A stretch of 63,785 bases of DNA, filler included, from Chiloscyllium plagiosum (taxonomy: Eukaryota): assembly GCF_004010195.1 (NCBI RefSeq). It is 4 parts of one record of this genome, joined end to end, with 100 filler letters (N's around TTAATTAATTAA, not from the genome) between each part and the next. Parts side by side here need not be neighbours in the genome. Positions count along the whole stretch, not along the records: positions 49,374 to 59,706 come from NC_057715.1; positions 59,807 to 63,785 come from NC_057715.1; 2 more parts are not named here. One strand, given 5' to 3'. The translations under genes and the position numbers were made by a program. Position 1 is the first letter of the stretch. The number at the start of each line of letters is the position of its first letter. This document shows positions 49,374 through 59,984 of this stretch, piece by piece. The notes under the pieces were generated by a model, which saw only the letters and a list, made by a program, of their open reading frames with translations, did no database searches and had not been told where the DNA came from.

Positions 49374-49590
49374 TCCCTTTTAAACATTTCCCCTCTCACC
49401 CTAAACCTTTGCCCTCTCTTTCTGCACTCCCTCATCCTGAGGAAAAGACTTTGTTGATTTACCCTATCCATGCCCCTCATGATTTTATAAACCTCCTCAG
49501 AGGCTTATAAACCTTTATAAGCCTCTGAGGAAAACAGCCTCAGCCAATTCAGGCTCTCCCTATAGCTCACATCCTCCAACCCTGGCAACC
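49374..49590 (-). mobile_element. CR1/HER1 fragment containing a perfect 17-bp-arm hairpin
   Basis: ttccctatccatgcccctcatgattttataa-type CR1 C-terminal sequence. Confidence 0.85.
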
Positions 49591-50046
49591 ACTTGAGAAG
49601 AGCTGAAGTTAATTTTTATGATGGAGCCTTAAAGCCAGAAAAAGAGGAAGCTTTCAAAGAATATGCTCACATACAGAGATAAAAGAAACCTATGTTAATT
49701 TAATCATTTAGTGCCAGCCCATACTCCAGTTAAAAACGTACTGACTCTTTCACATAGATGAACTTTCTAAATGTGTTTACTTGGTAAGTTTTATTTTATT
49801 TCACATCTGATTCTGATAAATGAGAACTTTATTTTTTCAGAAATAGGCACAAGGTTTAAACAAGGTTTAAATTGTTGTTTGTTTTATGGGCAAGCCAGTT
49901 CATTATGTTGTATCAGTACTTGCCACCATTTTCTTCAAGTGTAGGAAACCCAGGGCTTGCTTGGTCTAATGTGGTTGAGGGTAAGCCATTTCCTGGTCTC
50001 ATTGGAAGAGACTTTTGTAGTTAACAAGATAGAACCCTCCAAAAGT

Positions 50047-50363
50047 GGGCGGCACGGTGGCGCAGTGGTTAGCACTGCTGCCTCACAGCGCCTGAGACCC
50101 GGGTTCATTTCCCGCCTCAGGCGACCGACTGTGTGGAGTTTGCACGTTCTCCCCGTGTCTGCGAGGGTTTCCTCCGGGTGCTCTGGTTTCCTCCCACAGT
50201 CCAAAGATGTGCAGGTCAGGTGAATTGGCCATGCTAAATTGCCCTTAGTGTTAGCTAAGGGGTAAATGTAGGGGTATGGGTGGGTTCGCTTCGGCGGGTC
50301 GGTGTGGACTTGTTGGGCCGAAGGGCCTGTTTCCACACTGTAATGTAATGTAATGTAATGTAA
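50047..50363 (+). mobile_element. HE1-type SINE (young)
   Basis: CpG-rich, (taatg)n tail. Confidence 0.95.
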
Positions 50364-50370
50364 AAGTATT

Positions 50371-50575
50371 CAATTGAATTGAATTAAATTAACTTTACTG
50401 TCACATGTCCTCAGATGAGTACTGTGAAAAGTTTACTTCATGCCACTTACAATGCCATCTAAGGTACAAAGATATCAAATTCCTAGGAAAATTAAACAGA
50501 AAATGAAGAACTAAGAAGTCCAGCATTACAAATTATAGGAATAAATCAGAAAATAGAGAAATAAGACATTCTAAC
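50371..50575 (-). mobile_element. Non-coding retroposon with Rex1-like tail
   Basis: Minus: tgtaccttagatggca...aaacttttcacagtactcatctgaggacatgtgacagtaaag(aattc)n; body similar to 16545-16740. Confidence 0.65.
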
Positions 50576-51072
50576 AAAGTTTTACTTAAATGTGACTTTG
50601 GCTTCACTGTTTTGATGAAAGAACTTTTTTTTAAAGCAGAGTGCACAAATATTGGTTGGTGGCTGCTTTTTTATATGCAACCCAGAATGGGGGTATTGGT
50701 TTTCTCAGATGTGGTCATGAAACAGCTCTAACACCTTAACTGCTTGCTGCTGTTTCAAAACTGTATCATTCAAAAAGCAATTGGGTGGGAGTCATGTGAT
50801 CAAATCCCCATGTGAAGGGGAATGGTTTATTAGAGACACAGGCATACACTGCAGGTAGATAATTTTAATGGTCCATTCTGGAACTTAAGTGAAAAGTCAA
50901 CTTTATATAACTTGAAATTCTAATGTGCAAAAGGGTTTTATTGGTGACAGTAATCTCTATAACAGTTTACAGCATAATATTTAGTATTTCATCCTCAGCA
51001 GCTGGCATTAGCTGTTACTTGTATGGCTAATATTGAATTGACGTTAATTTGTGGAAGGGTTTTATAAATACA

Positions 51073-51400
51073 GGGAATGTGATGCCCTAATGGTATTAGT
51101 GATGGGCTGTTAATCCAGAAACCCAGGTAGTGTTCTGGGGCCCTGGTTCAAATCCCACTGTGGTGATCTGGAGTTTAAATCCAATATAAAAATCTGTCCA
51201 TGGATGTCTATGTATCCATTGTTGGGAACAAATCTATTTGATTGTCTAATGTCCTTTAGGGAAGGAAACTGCCATCGTTACTCAGTCTGGCCTCAATGTG
51301 ACTCTAGACCCACAGCAATGTGGTTGGTTCTTAACTGCCCTCCTGGGCAATAAATACTGGCCTCGCCTAGAATATCCACATTCCATAAATTATTCTTTTA
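51073..51400 (+). mobile_element. Older tRNA-derived SINE (second family)
   Basis: B box ggttcaaatccc; ctaatgtcctttagggaaggaaactgcc...gacccacagcaatgtggtt. Confidence 0.75.
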
Positions 51401-51487
51401 AAATCCAATAAATGATCATAGCAGCCTCTTTTGTTTTTTTTTTAAACACTGTGACTATGTACATAGACGGACATGCAATAACTTTTA

Positions 51488-51671
51488 CAAAAGCAAATTG
51501 CTGGAGAAACTTAGTGAGTCTGGCAGCATCTGTGGAGAAATGGCTGAATTAATATTTCAAAGGCCCAGTGACCCTCCTTCAGAGCTGATAGTAGTTAGGA
51601 AAGGACGGTTTGTTTGCCAATGACAGAGGATGATGAGAAAAGGAGTGAACAAATAAGTGGAGACGGAGCAC

Positions 51672-51702
<31 letters not shown>

Positions 51703-52230
51703 TTTAGACAAAGGGATGGTCGACAGTAAGCCAAGGAAGAAGAAAAGCTGATGATAAGGACCATGGGTAGGTGAAAATGGATTGGCTGGACTGAAAGCAG
51801 CGAATTTCACGGCAGGGTGGGTAAAAGAACATTAAAGTAAGTGTTCAGGCACTAAAATTATTGCTAATTTATGTTTTTTTTATTTCAGATTTTCAGCATC
51901 CACAGTTCTTTGTTTTGTTTCAATCCATATGTAACAACATGTTCGATCTATGTCAGTCGGTATTTAGTTTCAGTCCGATGATCAAGCAGATTTATGTTAA
52001 AGAATTTAAATGTTTTACCCTAAACATGTTGTTTGTTTTGTAATCTCACATTCTCCTTCAACAATTGTATTATTGGTGAAATAACCATTGCCTGAAATGA
52101 AATAAACACAAAGAACTATGGATGCTGGAAATCTGAATGGTCATTGGATTTGAAACATTAACTCCGTTTTTCTATCAGCAGATGCTGCCAGACCTGTTGA
52201 TTTTCTTCAGCAATTTCTGGTTTTGTATCC
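51488..52230. mobile_element. Two old PLE-derived fragments (51488-51920, 52105-52230)
   Basis: tggcagcatctgtggaga / cagatgctgccagacctg termini and degenerate hammerhead-like motifs. Confidence 0.55.
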
Positions 52231-52317
52231 ACTTCCTCAGTTCTGCTATTTGAGCATTGCTTCTTGCTTAACATAATGTCTGACTCACAGAACCATTCCT
52301 GTGCAAAAGGAGGTCAT

Positions 52318-53562
52318 TCATAGAATCATAACTGTGTGGAAGCTAGGCATTCAACTCATTGAGTCCACACCAACTGTCCACAGAGCGTCCCACCTATCCC
52401 TGTAACCCTGCAGCTCCCGTTGCTATGGTGTAGAGGTGCTGGTTTTGGACAGGGGTGGACAAATTTGAAAATTACACAACACCAGGTTATCAATTAGATT
52501 ACCTACAGTATGGAAACAGGCCCTTCGGCCCAACAAATCCACACCGACCCGCCGAAACGCAACTCACCCAGACCCACTCCCCCACATTTACCCCTTCACC
52601 TAACATTACGGGCAATTTAACATGGCCAATTCACCTAACCTGCACATTTTTGGATTGTGGGAGGAAACCAGAGCATCTGGAGGAAACCCACGCAGACACG
52701 GGGAGAATGTGCAAACTCCACACAGAGAGTCGCCTGAAGCGGGAATTGAACCCGGGTCTCTGGCACTGTGCCACCGTGCCGCCCAGGACTATAACCTGGT
52801 GTTGTGTGATCTTTAACTTTCTCCCATGGCTAATCCACCTAACATGCACAAAGCCATCGAGTCACATAGCATGGAAAGAAACCCTTCAGTTCAACCAGTC
52901 TGCGCCAAACATTATCCCAAACTAAACTAGCCCCACCTGTCTGCTTCTGGCCTATATGCCTCCAAACTTTTCCTATTTATGTACTTATCCAAACGTCTTT
53001 TAAATATTGTAATTGTGCCCACATTCACCACTTCCTCTGGAGGTTTATTCTTCACATGAACCACCCCCATGTAATAAAAAGTTGCCCCCCCCCCATCTCT
53101 TTTGTACACCTCTCTCCTCTCATCTAAAAAATGTGCCCCCTGGTCTTGAAATCCCCCATCCTAGATAAAAGACAACTACCATTAACTCTATCTATACCCC
53201 TTATTATTTTAGAAACTTCTTTATTCAAGTCTGATGTTAGATATTGAGACAACTTGGAAGAGGCAAGCTCAAAGAGAATACTCAAATTCTTTATCTTCCC
53301 AGGAAGAATCTTCAGGAACTAAGAGTGATACATTCAAGAAGGCATCAGATGAAATGGTGTGCAGGGATATGGGGAAAAGGCAAGAGATTGGAATTAGGTG
53401 ATAGAACCTCTTGCCCTCCAGTGAAAAATGTCCCAATCTAGGAACCCACGTAGACATGGGAAGAATATGCTAACTCCATAGACAGTCACCCAAGGTTGGA
53501 ATCAAACATGGATCCTTGGCACTGTGAGGCAGCAGGGCTAACCACTGAGTCACCATGCACCC
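52318..53562 (-). mobile_element. Old HE1-related SINE split by a PLE hairpin (52426-52820), a young HE1 (52493-52785) and a CR1 (52860-53440)
   Basis: SINE tail 52318-52425, middle 52821-52850, head 53441-53562; PLE TSD ctcccgttgcta/ctcccatggcta. Confidence 0.8.
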
Positions 53563-53763
53563 ACTTGTGCCTGCACTGGTTCTATCACCTAGTTTCAACC
53601 TCCTGCCTTTTCCCCATATCCCTGCACACCATTTCATCCAATGCCTTCTTGAATGCATCACTCTTAGTTACTGAGGATTCTTCCTGGGAAGGTAAAGAAT
53701 TTGAGTGTTCTCTTTGAACTTGCCTCTTCTAAGTTGTTTCAGTATCTAATATCAAACTTGAAT
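53223..53763. repeat. 186-bp inverted repeat (53223-53408 / 53578-53763)
   Basis: Arms align over their full length; also visible as mirrored ORFs containing HSRRH.MKWCAGIWGKG. Confidence 0.95.
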
Positions 53764-54799
53764 CTACTCAGTTATTGATTCACACTTTGATTTACATCAA
53801 TTAGAGATCCATCAATTGGTTCAAGTGGCTTACGCTGTACATTAGCTTACCCATTGCTTGTTTATTTTCATGCAAGCCTTCCTGGATCTAACATCCTGAG
53901 TGCTCATCAGTATTGACAGCAATGGAAAATAATTGTGCCAATCCAATATGGTCATATGTTCCTATTCTCATTAACTATATGAAACACATTTCTTCTGCCA
54001 ACATAATTAATCTCAATGAATTGTGTTTTGCATTTAGAATTCAATAACTTTTAGGCAAAACCCTGCAAAGTTATCGAGCAGGGGCCGGTGGTTATTCCTT
54101 GGCCAGCTGTTCCTTAATTTTATTCCTTCTGCCATTTGAAGAACATTGAGGTCAAGATCTGCTCAAAGGCAAGGATTCTTGATAGTGTGAGCATGTGTGG
54201 GTATTCTACAATTTGACAATTACTTACGTCATGCCTTTACTCTTAAGTGCTATACTTGCTGGACCAGGCACTATTGTCAGCTGTAGGCAGTGTTTTCTTA
54301 ACTATGCCTCACTCAGTGATCCTACGCCCACTTTGTGTCAGATAAAACATACATTTTTAAATAGTTGGGTACTGTCTCTGCTTGAGGTTTCTTTGCTGTC
54401 CAGCACTGGACAGGACATTGAGTGTCAGATCCTTGTTCTACTCATTATATTGTTTTTTCTTCTTATCTGTGCCTATTATGGTTTCAACCCTTAAAGTTTG
54501 ACTGGACTCATTGATCTTCTATGCTAAATTTGATTGTCTCCTCATTTGGACTGATTGTGTTTTTTTTTCTGGATTTCTGCTTCACACACTACCTGAATGG
54601 CTTTATCTAGAGTTAGGTCTTTTCTTGGATTGTAGTAAATGTGACAAGGGCTTATCAGCAATTCTTACAATAATATTGTCTTTTATGATAGCCACTTGTC
54701 TCTATTAATGTGTTGAGATCACAAGTGAAAGCATCTATAGTTTCATATGGCTGCTGAACTCTTATTAGTGATTGCCCTTTCAAGGATTTTATCTTTTAA

Positions 54800-55110
54800 G
54801 ATTAAAGATTCCCTATAGTGTGGAAACAGGCCCTTTGGCCCAATCAGTCCACACCGACCCTCTGAAGAGTAACCCACCCAGATCCATTTCCCTCTGACTA
54901 GTGCACCTAGTAGTATGGACAATTAAGCATGGCCAATTCATCTGACCTGCACTTCTTTGGACTGTGGGAGGAAACCAGAGCACCCGGAGGAAACCCACAG
55001 GCACAGGGAGAATGTGCAAACTCCACACAGACAGTGGCCCAAGGCTGAAATTGAACCTGGGACCCTGGTACTCTGAGGTAGCAGTACTAACCACTGAGCC
55101 ACTGTGCTGC
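54800..55110 (-). mobile_element. HE1-type SINE
   Basis: A/B boxes, body, tail. Confidence 0.95.
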
Positions 55111-55547
55111 CTATTCAGAGATTTAAGTAGTTGTCAAAGGTTTTCAGAACCTCTTCAAAGTGCTTACTTCTTTTACCCCATTGGCAAACTACAAGGTCAT
55201 AAGCTCTATCCCAATTGCATATAAAAGTGCAGTTACTTGTTCAGCTTCTGCTTTAGCATTTAATTTGGAAGCTATTCTGTATCTTGAGTATTGTGTTCTG
55301 CAAGATGTTCAATTCTGGTCTCTTTTTCCCATGTTTGAAATTATGTCTTCAGGTATGATTATTTCTGGTGCCATGTTATCCTAATGTGAGTATATATATT
55401 TGCAGCAAGAGCAGTTCTGCTACTCTTTGTTGTGCTGAACTAGACTTTAACAAGTTCAGGCTATAAACCATGTCCCTCATTTTGATTCTGCCCAGTTGCC
55501 ACATGTCTACAATTTGGAAATAAATTATTCATTTATAATTTACTAAG

Positions 55548-56140
55548 TAGAGGTAGTGGTCTAGTAATAATGTTACTGGGTTGTAATACTGAGCCCCAAA
55601 CTGATACTCTGGTGCATGGGTTCAAACCTGAACATAGTATCTGCTGGAATTTAAGTTAATCAATGTACAATATAAATTAACTGAAGTAATGGTGCTATGG
55701 AACTCTGGTTGATTGTATTAACATCCCATCTAGCCACTAGATCCTTTAGAAAAGGAAAACTGCCATCCTTACCCAGTCTGACCTACACAAACCTTCAGCC
55801 ATCCAGTAATGTGGGTGAACATAGAAACAAAAGTACACTATTAAAGCTGTTGAGCCTGTCTCACTATTCACGGGCTGATCAAATCCATTTATGCTTTTTA
55901 ATCACCCAATCCCAACAATCCTGTACACCACTGATAATCCAAAATATATTAATCTCTACCTTAAATACATTCAAAGACTGAGCATCCACTATCGTCTTTC
56001 GCAGAGATTTCACAAACTTGAGTAATTTTATTTTTGAAAATCTCCTCATACTAGAGATAATTGACATCACCCTCATTTTTAATTTGTGCCCTCTGGTTCT
56101 AGACTTCCCATGAGGGGAAACATCTTAGATGCATCTAAAC
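55548..56140. mobile_element. Old SINE (55548-55800, +) and old CR1 3' end (55815-56140, -)
   Basis: gggttcaaacc B box; DAQSLNVFKVEINIF CR1 C-terminus. Confidence 0.65.
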
Positions 56141-56459
56141 TCTGAACTGACCAAACAAGCCATTCAGTTTCAAGGGTGGTTAAGGTTGGTGGAAGATGCA
56201 AATGATGCCAGCATTGCCCAAATCACATGGAAAAAAGAAAAACAAATTATTCCCTAATGTTCCATGATATTTGTATTTAAACTTTACCACCTTCCACCCT
56301 ATCCTACATCCACTGATACCAAAAAATGCTGGCGAGCATAACGGTAGATACGCAGGAGGCTGGAAGAACATAGCAAGCCGGGGCTGCATCAGGAGAAGTC
56401 ATCGTTTCAGGTGTAACCCTCCTTCAGGACTGGGGGTGGTTGTAAGGGGAGTCTCATAA

Positions 56460-57540
56460 CAGGTCAGGCAGCAACCACGGAGAGAGAGTGAGCTAACGTT
56501 TTGAGTCGAGATGACTCTTCATCAGAATTGAAGTGAAGTGTGGAGGGGGCAGCATTTATGCAATAGTTGGGCAGGGCAATGGGGTTGGAGGGCTTGAAGA
56601 GAAAACAATTTTGATAGTTCAGATTAAGTGATCAGAATGTGAGAATGACAGAACAAGGGTATGCCTAAGTGCCCGACAGGAAAGAACAGACAACGTCACT
56701 GGAGTGGGATGGGGGTGGGGGTGCGCGGCAAAGGTGAGAGGACGTGGTGACAGAGAATGGAACAAGTAAATCTCAAAGAAAGGGAAGAAATAAGTTCACA
56801 ACTTGAAAGTGTTGAACTCAATATTGAGCCCAGAAGGCTACAAAGTGCCCAGTTTGAAGACGAGACGTTGCTCCTTCAGTTTTCGCTGTGATTCACATCT
56901 CCTCCTCAAACTGGGCACTTTACAGCTTTCTGCGCTCAGTATTGAGTTCAACACCTTCAGATTTTGAACCCATTCCTTCCCCTTCTTTTAGCTTTACTAG
57001 TTACATTCTCTGTCATCATGTCCTCTCCCCCATCCCAATGGGACTAGCTGTTCTTTCCAGTCTGGCAGTTAGACACAGGGTGAAAGTGAGGACTGCAGAT
57101 GCTGGAGATCAGAATCAAGAGGGTGGTGCTGGAAAAGCACAGCAGGTCAGGCAGCATCCGAGGAGCAGGAGAATTGACTTCATCCTCTTGAAGGGCTTAT
57201 GCATGAAATGTTGATTCTCCTGCTCCTCGGATGCTGCCTGACCTGCTGTGCTTTTTCAGCACCACGCTCTGGCAGTTAAACACACCATTGTTCCACCATT
57301 CTCACATTCCTATCACTTAACCTGAACTATCAACATCCTTTCTCCCCAAGCACTCCAAACTCCACCCCACAACTATAGCATAAATGCTGCCTTCTCCACA
57401 CATCAATTCAGCTGTGATGAAGAGTCATCTCAACTTGAAACGTTAGCTGGCTCTGTCTCCATGGATGCTGCCTGACCTGCTGTGGTCTGCAGCATTTGTT
57501 GTTTTCAGTACAGATTCCAGCATCTGCAGTAATTTGCTCC
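56460..57540. mobile_element. ~1-kb palindromic Penelope insertion (family 3)
   Basis: Arms ~56460-56865 and ~56897-57480, each with GIY-YIG C-terminus (KLGTL.PSGLNIEFNTF) and a degenerate hammerhead (56490-56526 minus, 57411-57448 plus); only the right arm carries the tail. Confidence 0.85.
57078..57267. mobile_element. 190-bp hairpin Penelope insertion nested in the palindrome
   Basis: 17-bp TSD tctggcagttagacaca/tctggcagttaaacaca (57061-57077, 57268-57284). Confidence 0.9.
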
Positions 57541-58294
57541 TATCCTACACTTTCTATTTTATTTTTGCACCTCCTCTGTACCTTTAATTGCACAGACCCC
57601 AGTTTATCAGGAAGAGTCAACATTGCACAGTCTTTGTGTAGATGGAATCTGGTCTTTTGGGTTTTGACCATGTTCAGATTTGGATAAGGTATATTCACTT
57701 CAAAACATTACCTTGTTTCTGTCTCCACAAGTGCTGCCTGACCCACAAAGATTTTCCAGAACTTGTGTTTCTCGTACTCTTTGTCCCGAGGATTTTGCTT
57801 TTGTGTTTATTTGAAGAGCTTTTTTCTCTAAAAATTTCAATTCTAAATATGCTGCATGTTATCAAATATACCTGATCTTCTGCTATAATGAAAAGCAAAG
57901 CACAAATGGTAGAAATCAGAAATTCAATCAGGAAATGCTGCAAACAGCGGGCAAATTAACATCTGAAAGAGCAAGCAGTAAGCCTCTGGGGAGTCCACAT
58001 CTAATGAAACATTAACATTTCAAATATCTATCCCTCAGATGCAGTTAGACTCTGTGTTATCTACTTTCATTTCATAATGCTGTGTTTTGCATTATGTGGA
58101 TTCACTTAGGGTGAAGTATTTTGTATCACGTGAAAAATATAATCTACCACATAACTAACATCTCCAACATAATTCAGCCTCGTATCTGTTTCAAGATTTT
58201 TCCATTCGTGCTCTGTCATCAATTAATATATAAATTTACAGGCATGGGTCAGACTGATCCAGCAGCTTTTCAAATCATAGTCAAGTCAAACGCT

Positions 58295-59030
58295 CCAAAA
58301 GTAGTTGTAGCACCATTGACTCAACTGGCTAAGTAGAGTCATGCAGCGCAGAAACAGACCCTTCGGTCCAACCAGTCCATGCCAACTGTAATCTCAAACT
58401 AAGCTAGTCTCGCTTGCCTGCGCTTGGCCCATATCCCTCCAAACATTTCTTATTCATGTAGTTATCCAAATGTTTTTGAACATTGCAACTGTAGCCGCAT
58501 GCACCACTTCCTCTGCAAGTTCATTCTACACATAACCCACTCTCTGTGTAAAAAAAAGCCCCTCGTGCCTTTTATAAATCTTTCTCTTCTCACTTTAAAA
58601 ACATACTCCCTAATCATGAAAACTCCCACCCTGTGGACAAAGCACTGGCTATTCATCTTTGCTATACCTCTCATGGCTTTGCACTTCCATTCCCAGCAAT
58701 ATCCTGTTAAATTTCTTCTGAACCCTCTCCAGCTGAAGAATGTCCTTCCTATAACAAGGCGACCGGAGCTGGACACACTACTCCAGAAGAGACCTCGCCA
58801 ATATCCCATACAAGGAAGGAAGGACATTGCTGCTAGACTTGGCATGCAGTACGTGTTGAAAGAACCAACAAGGGAGAAGCACTTATTTGACCTTGTCCTT
58901 ATCAAACTACCTATTGTGAATGTATGAGTTCAATAGTATCAGTAAGAGTCAACATTGCACAGTCTTTGTGGAGATGGAGTCTGGTCTTCACATTGATGAT
59001 ATCTTCCATTATGTCGGGTGTCACTGCCAT
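58295..59030 (+). mobile_element. L2/CR1-type endonuclease fragment interrupted by a CR1 3' part (58335-58810, minus)
   Basis: KDIAARLGMQYVLKEPTREKHLFDLVL; CR1 GFFLHREWVMCRMNL. Confidence 0.75.
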
Positions 59031-59509
59031 TCTGCTTAATATTTCAAGTCTGACCTGCTCTAGAGTGTGGAATGCCATCACTGAAGAGATTGATTAGAAA
59101 AGAACTACCACCTCAGCACTTTATCATCCTGGAACATGTCACTGACTTCAACGTTCTTAAATTAAATCCTATTGCTTGAGTAGAAGAATTTGATCTATTT
59201 AGAATTTGCAATAACTTGCAATCAGCTTTCCGATAAGTGTTTAGATTTATTTTTGCTGTCCAAATTAATGTCCAACAAAAGTAGCAAAAAAAATTCTGTT
59301 TGTAGCTCACAAACTGAAAATAAAGAGTAATGTAAAAATATTATGTTTATATTCACAAAAACATTACATGAATAGAACCAGAGCATATTACTATTGTGTC
59401 AAAATTGCATAGAACCCTCATATCAAATGAATGAACTTAAATTTCATTATGCAAAAAAGGCTGTCTCACTTTAACATATTTTGGGGTAACAAAATCTCTT
59501 CTATTGTTA

Positions 59510-59980
59510 ACTGAGCTGGAAATGTGTTGCTGGAAAAGCGCAGCAGGTCAGGCAGCATCCAAAGAGCAGGAGAATCGACGTTTCGGGCATGAGCCCTTCT
59601 TCAGCAATGAGGAGAGTGTGCCAAGCGGGCTGAGATAAAAGCTAGGGAGGAGGGACTTGGGGGAGGGGCGTTGGAAATTCGATAGGTGGAAGGACGTTAT
59701 GGTGAGNNNNNNNNNNNNNNNNNNNNNNNNNNNNNNNNNNNNNNNNNNNNTTAATTAATTAANNNNNNNNNNNNNNNNNNNNNNNNNNNNNNNNNNNNNN
59801 NNNNNNCCCTCCTCTAGTTTATCTCTCCACGCTTCAGGCTCTCTGCCTTTATTCATGATGAAGGGCTTTTGCCCGAAACATCGATTTTGCTGCTCGTCGG
59901 ATGCTGCCTGAATTGCTGTGCTCTTCCAGCACCACTGATTCAGAATCTGGTTTCCAGCATCTGCAGTCATTGTTTTTACC
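59510..59980. mobile_element. Penelope pLTRs on either side of a gap (59510-59706 minus; 59807-59980 plus)
   Basis: Minus hammerhead core CUGAAGA-A-GGGC-UCAU-GCCC-GAAAC-GUC at 59573-59608; plus copy has mutated core. Confidence 0.85.
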
Positions 59981-59984
59981 CCAC

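Noticed and set aside
29974..59806. Identical TTAATTAATTAA palindromes at 30018, 49318 and 59751
   Set aside because: Each is centred in a 100-bp N gap; this is an artificial scaffolding spacer
59510..59980. Inverted PLE pair as a single hairpin insertion
   Set aside because: The arms are separated by a scaffold gap and look like different subfamilies; adjacency cannot be verified
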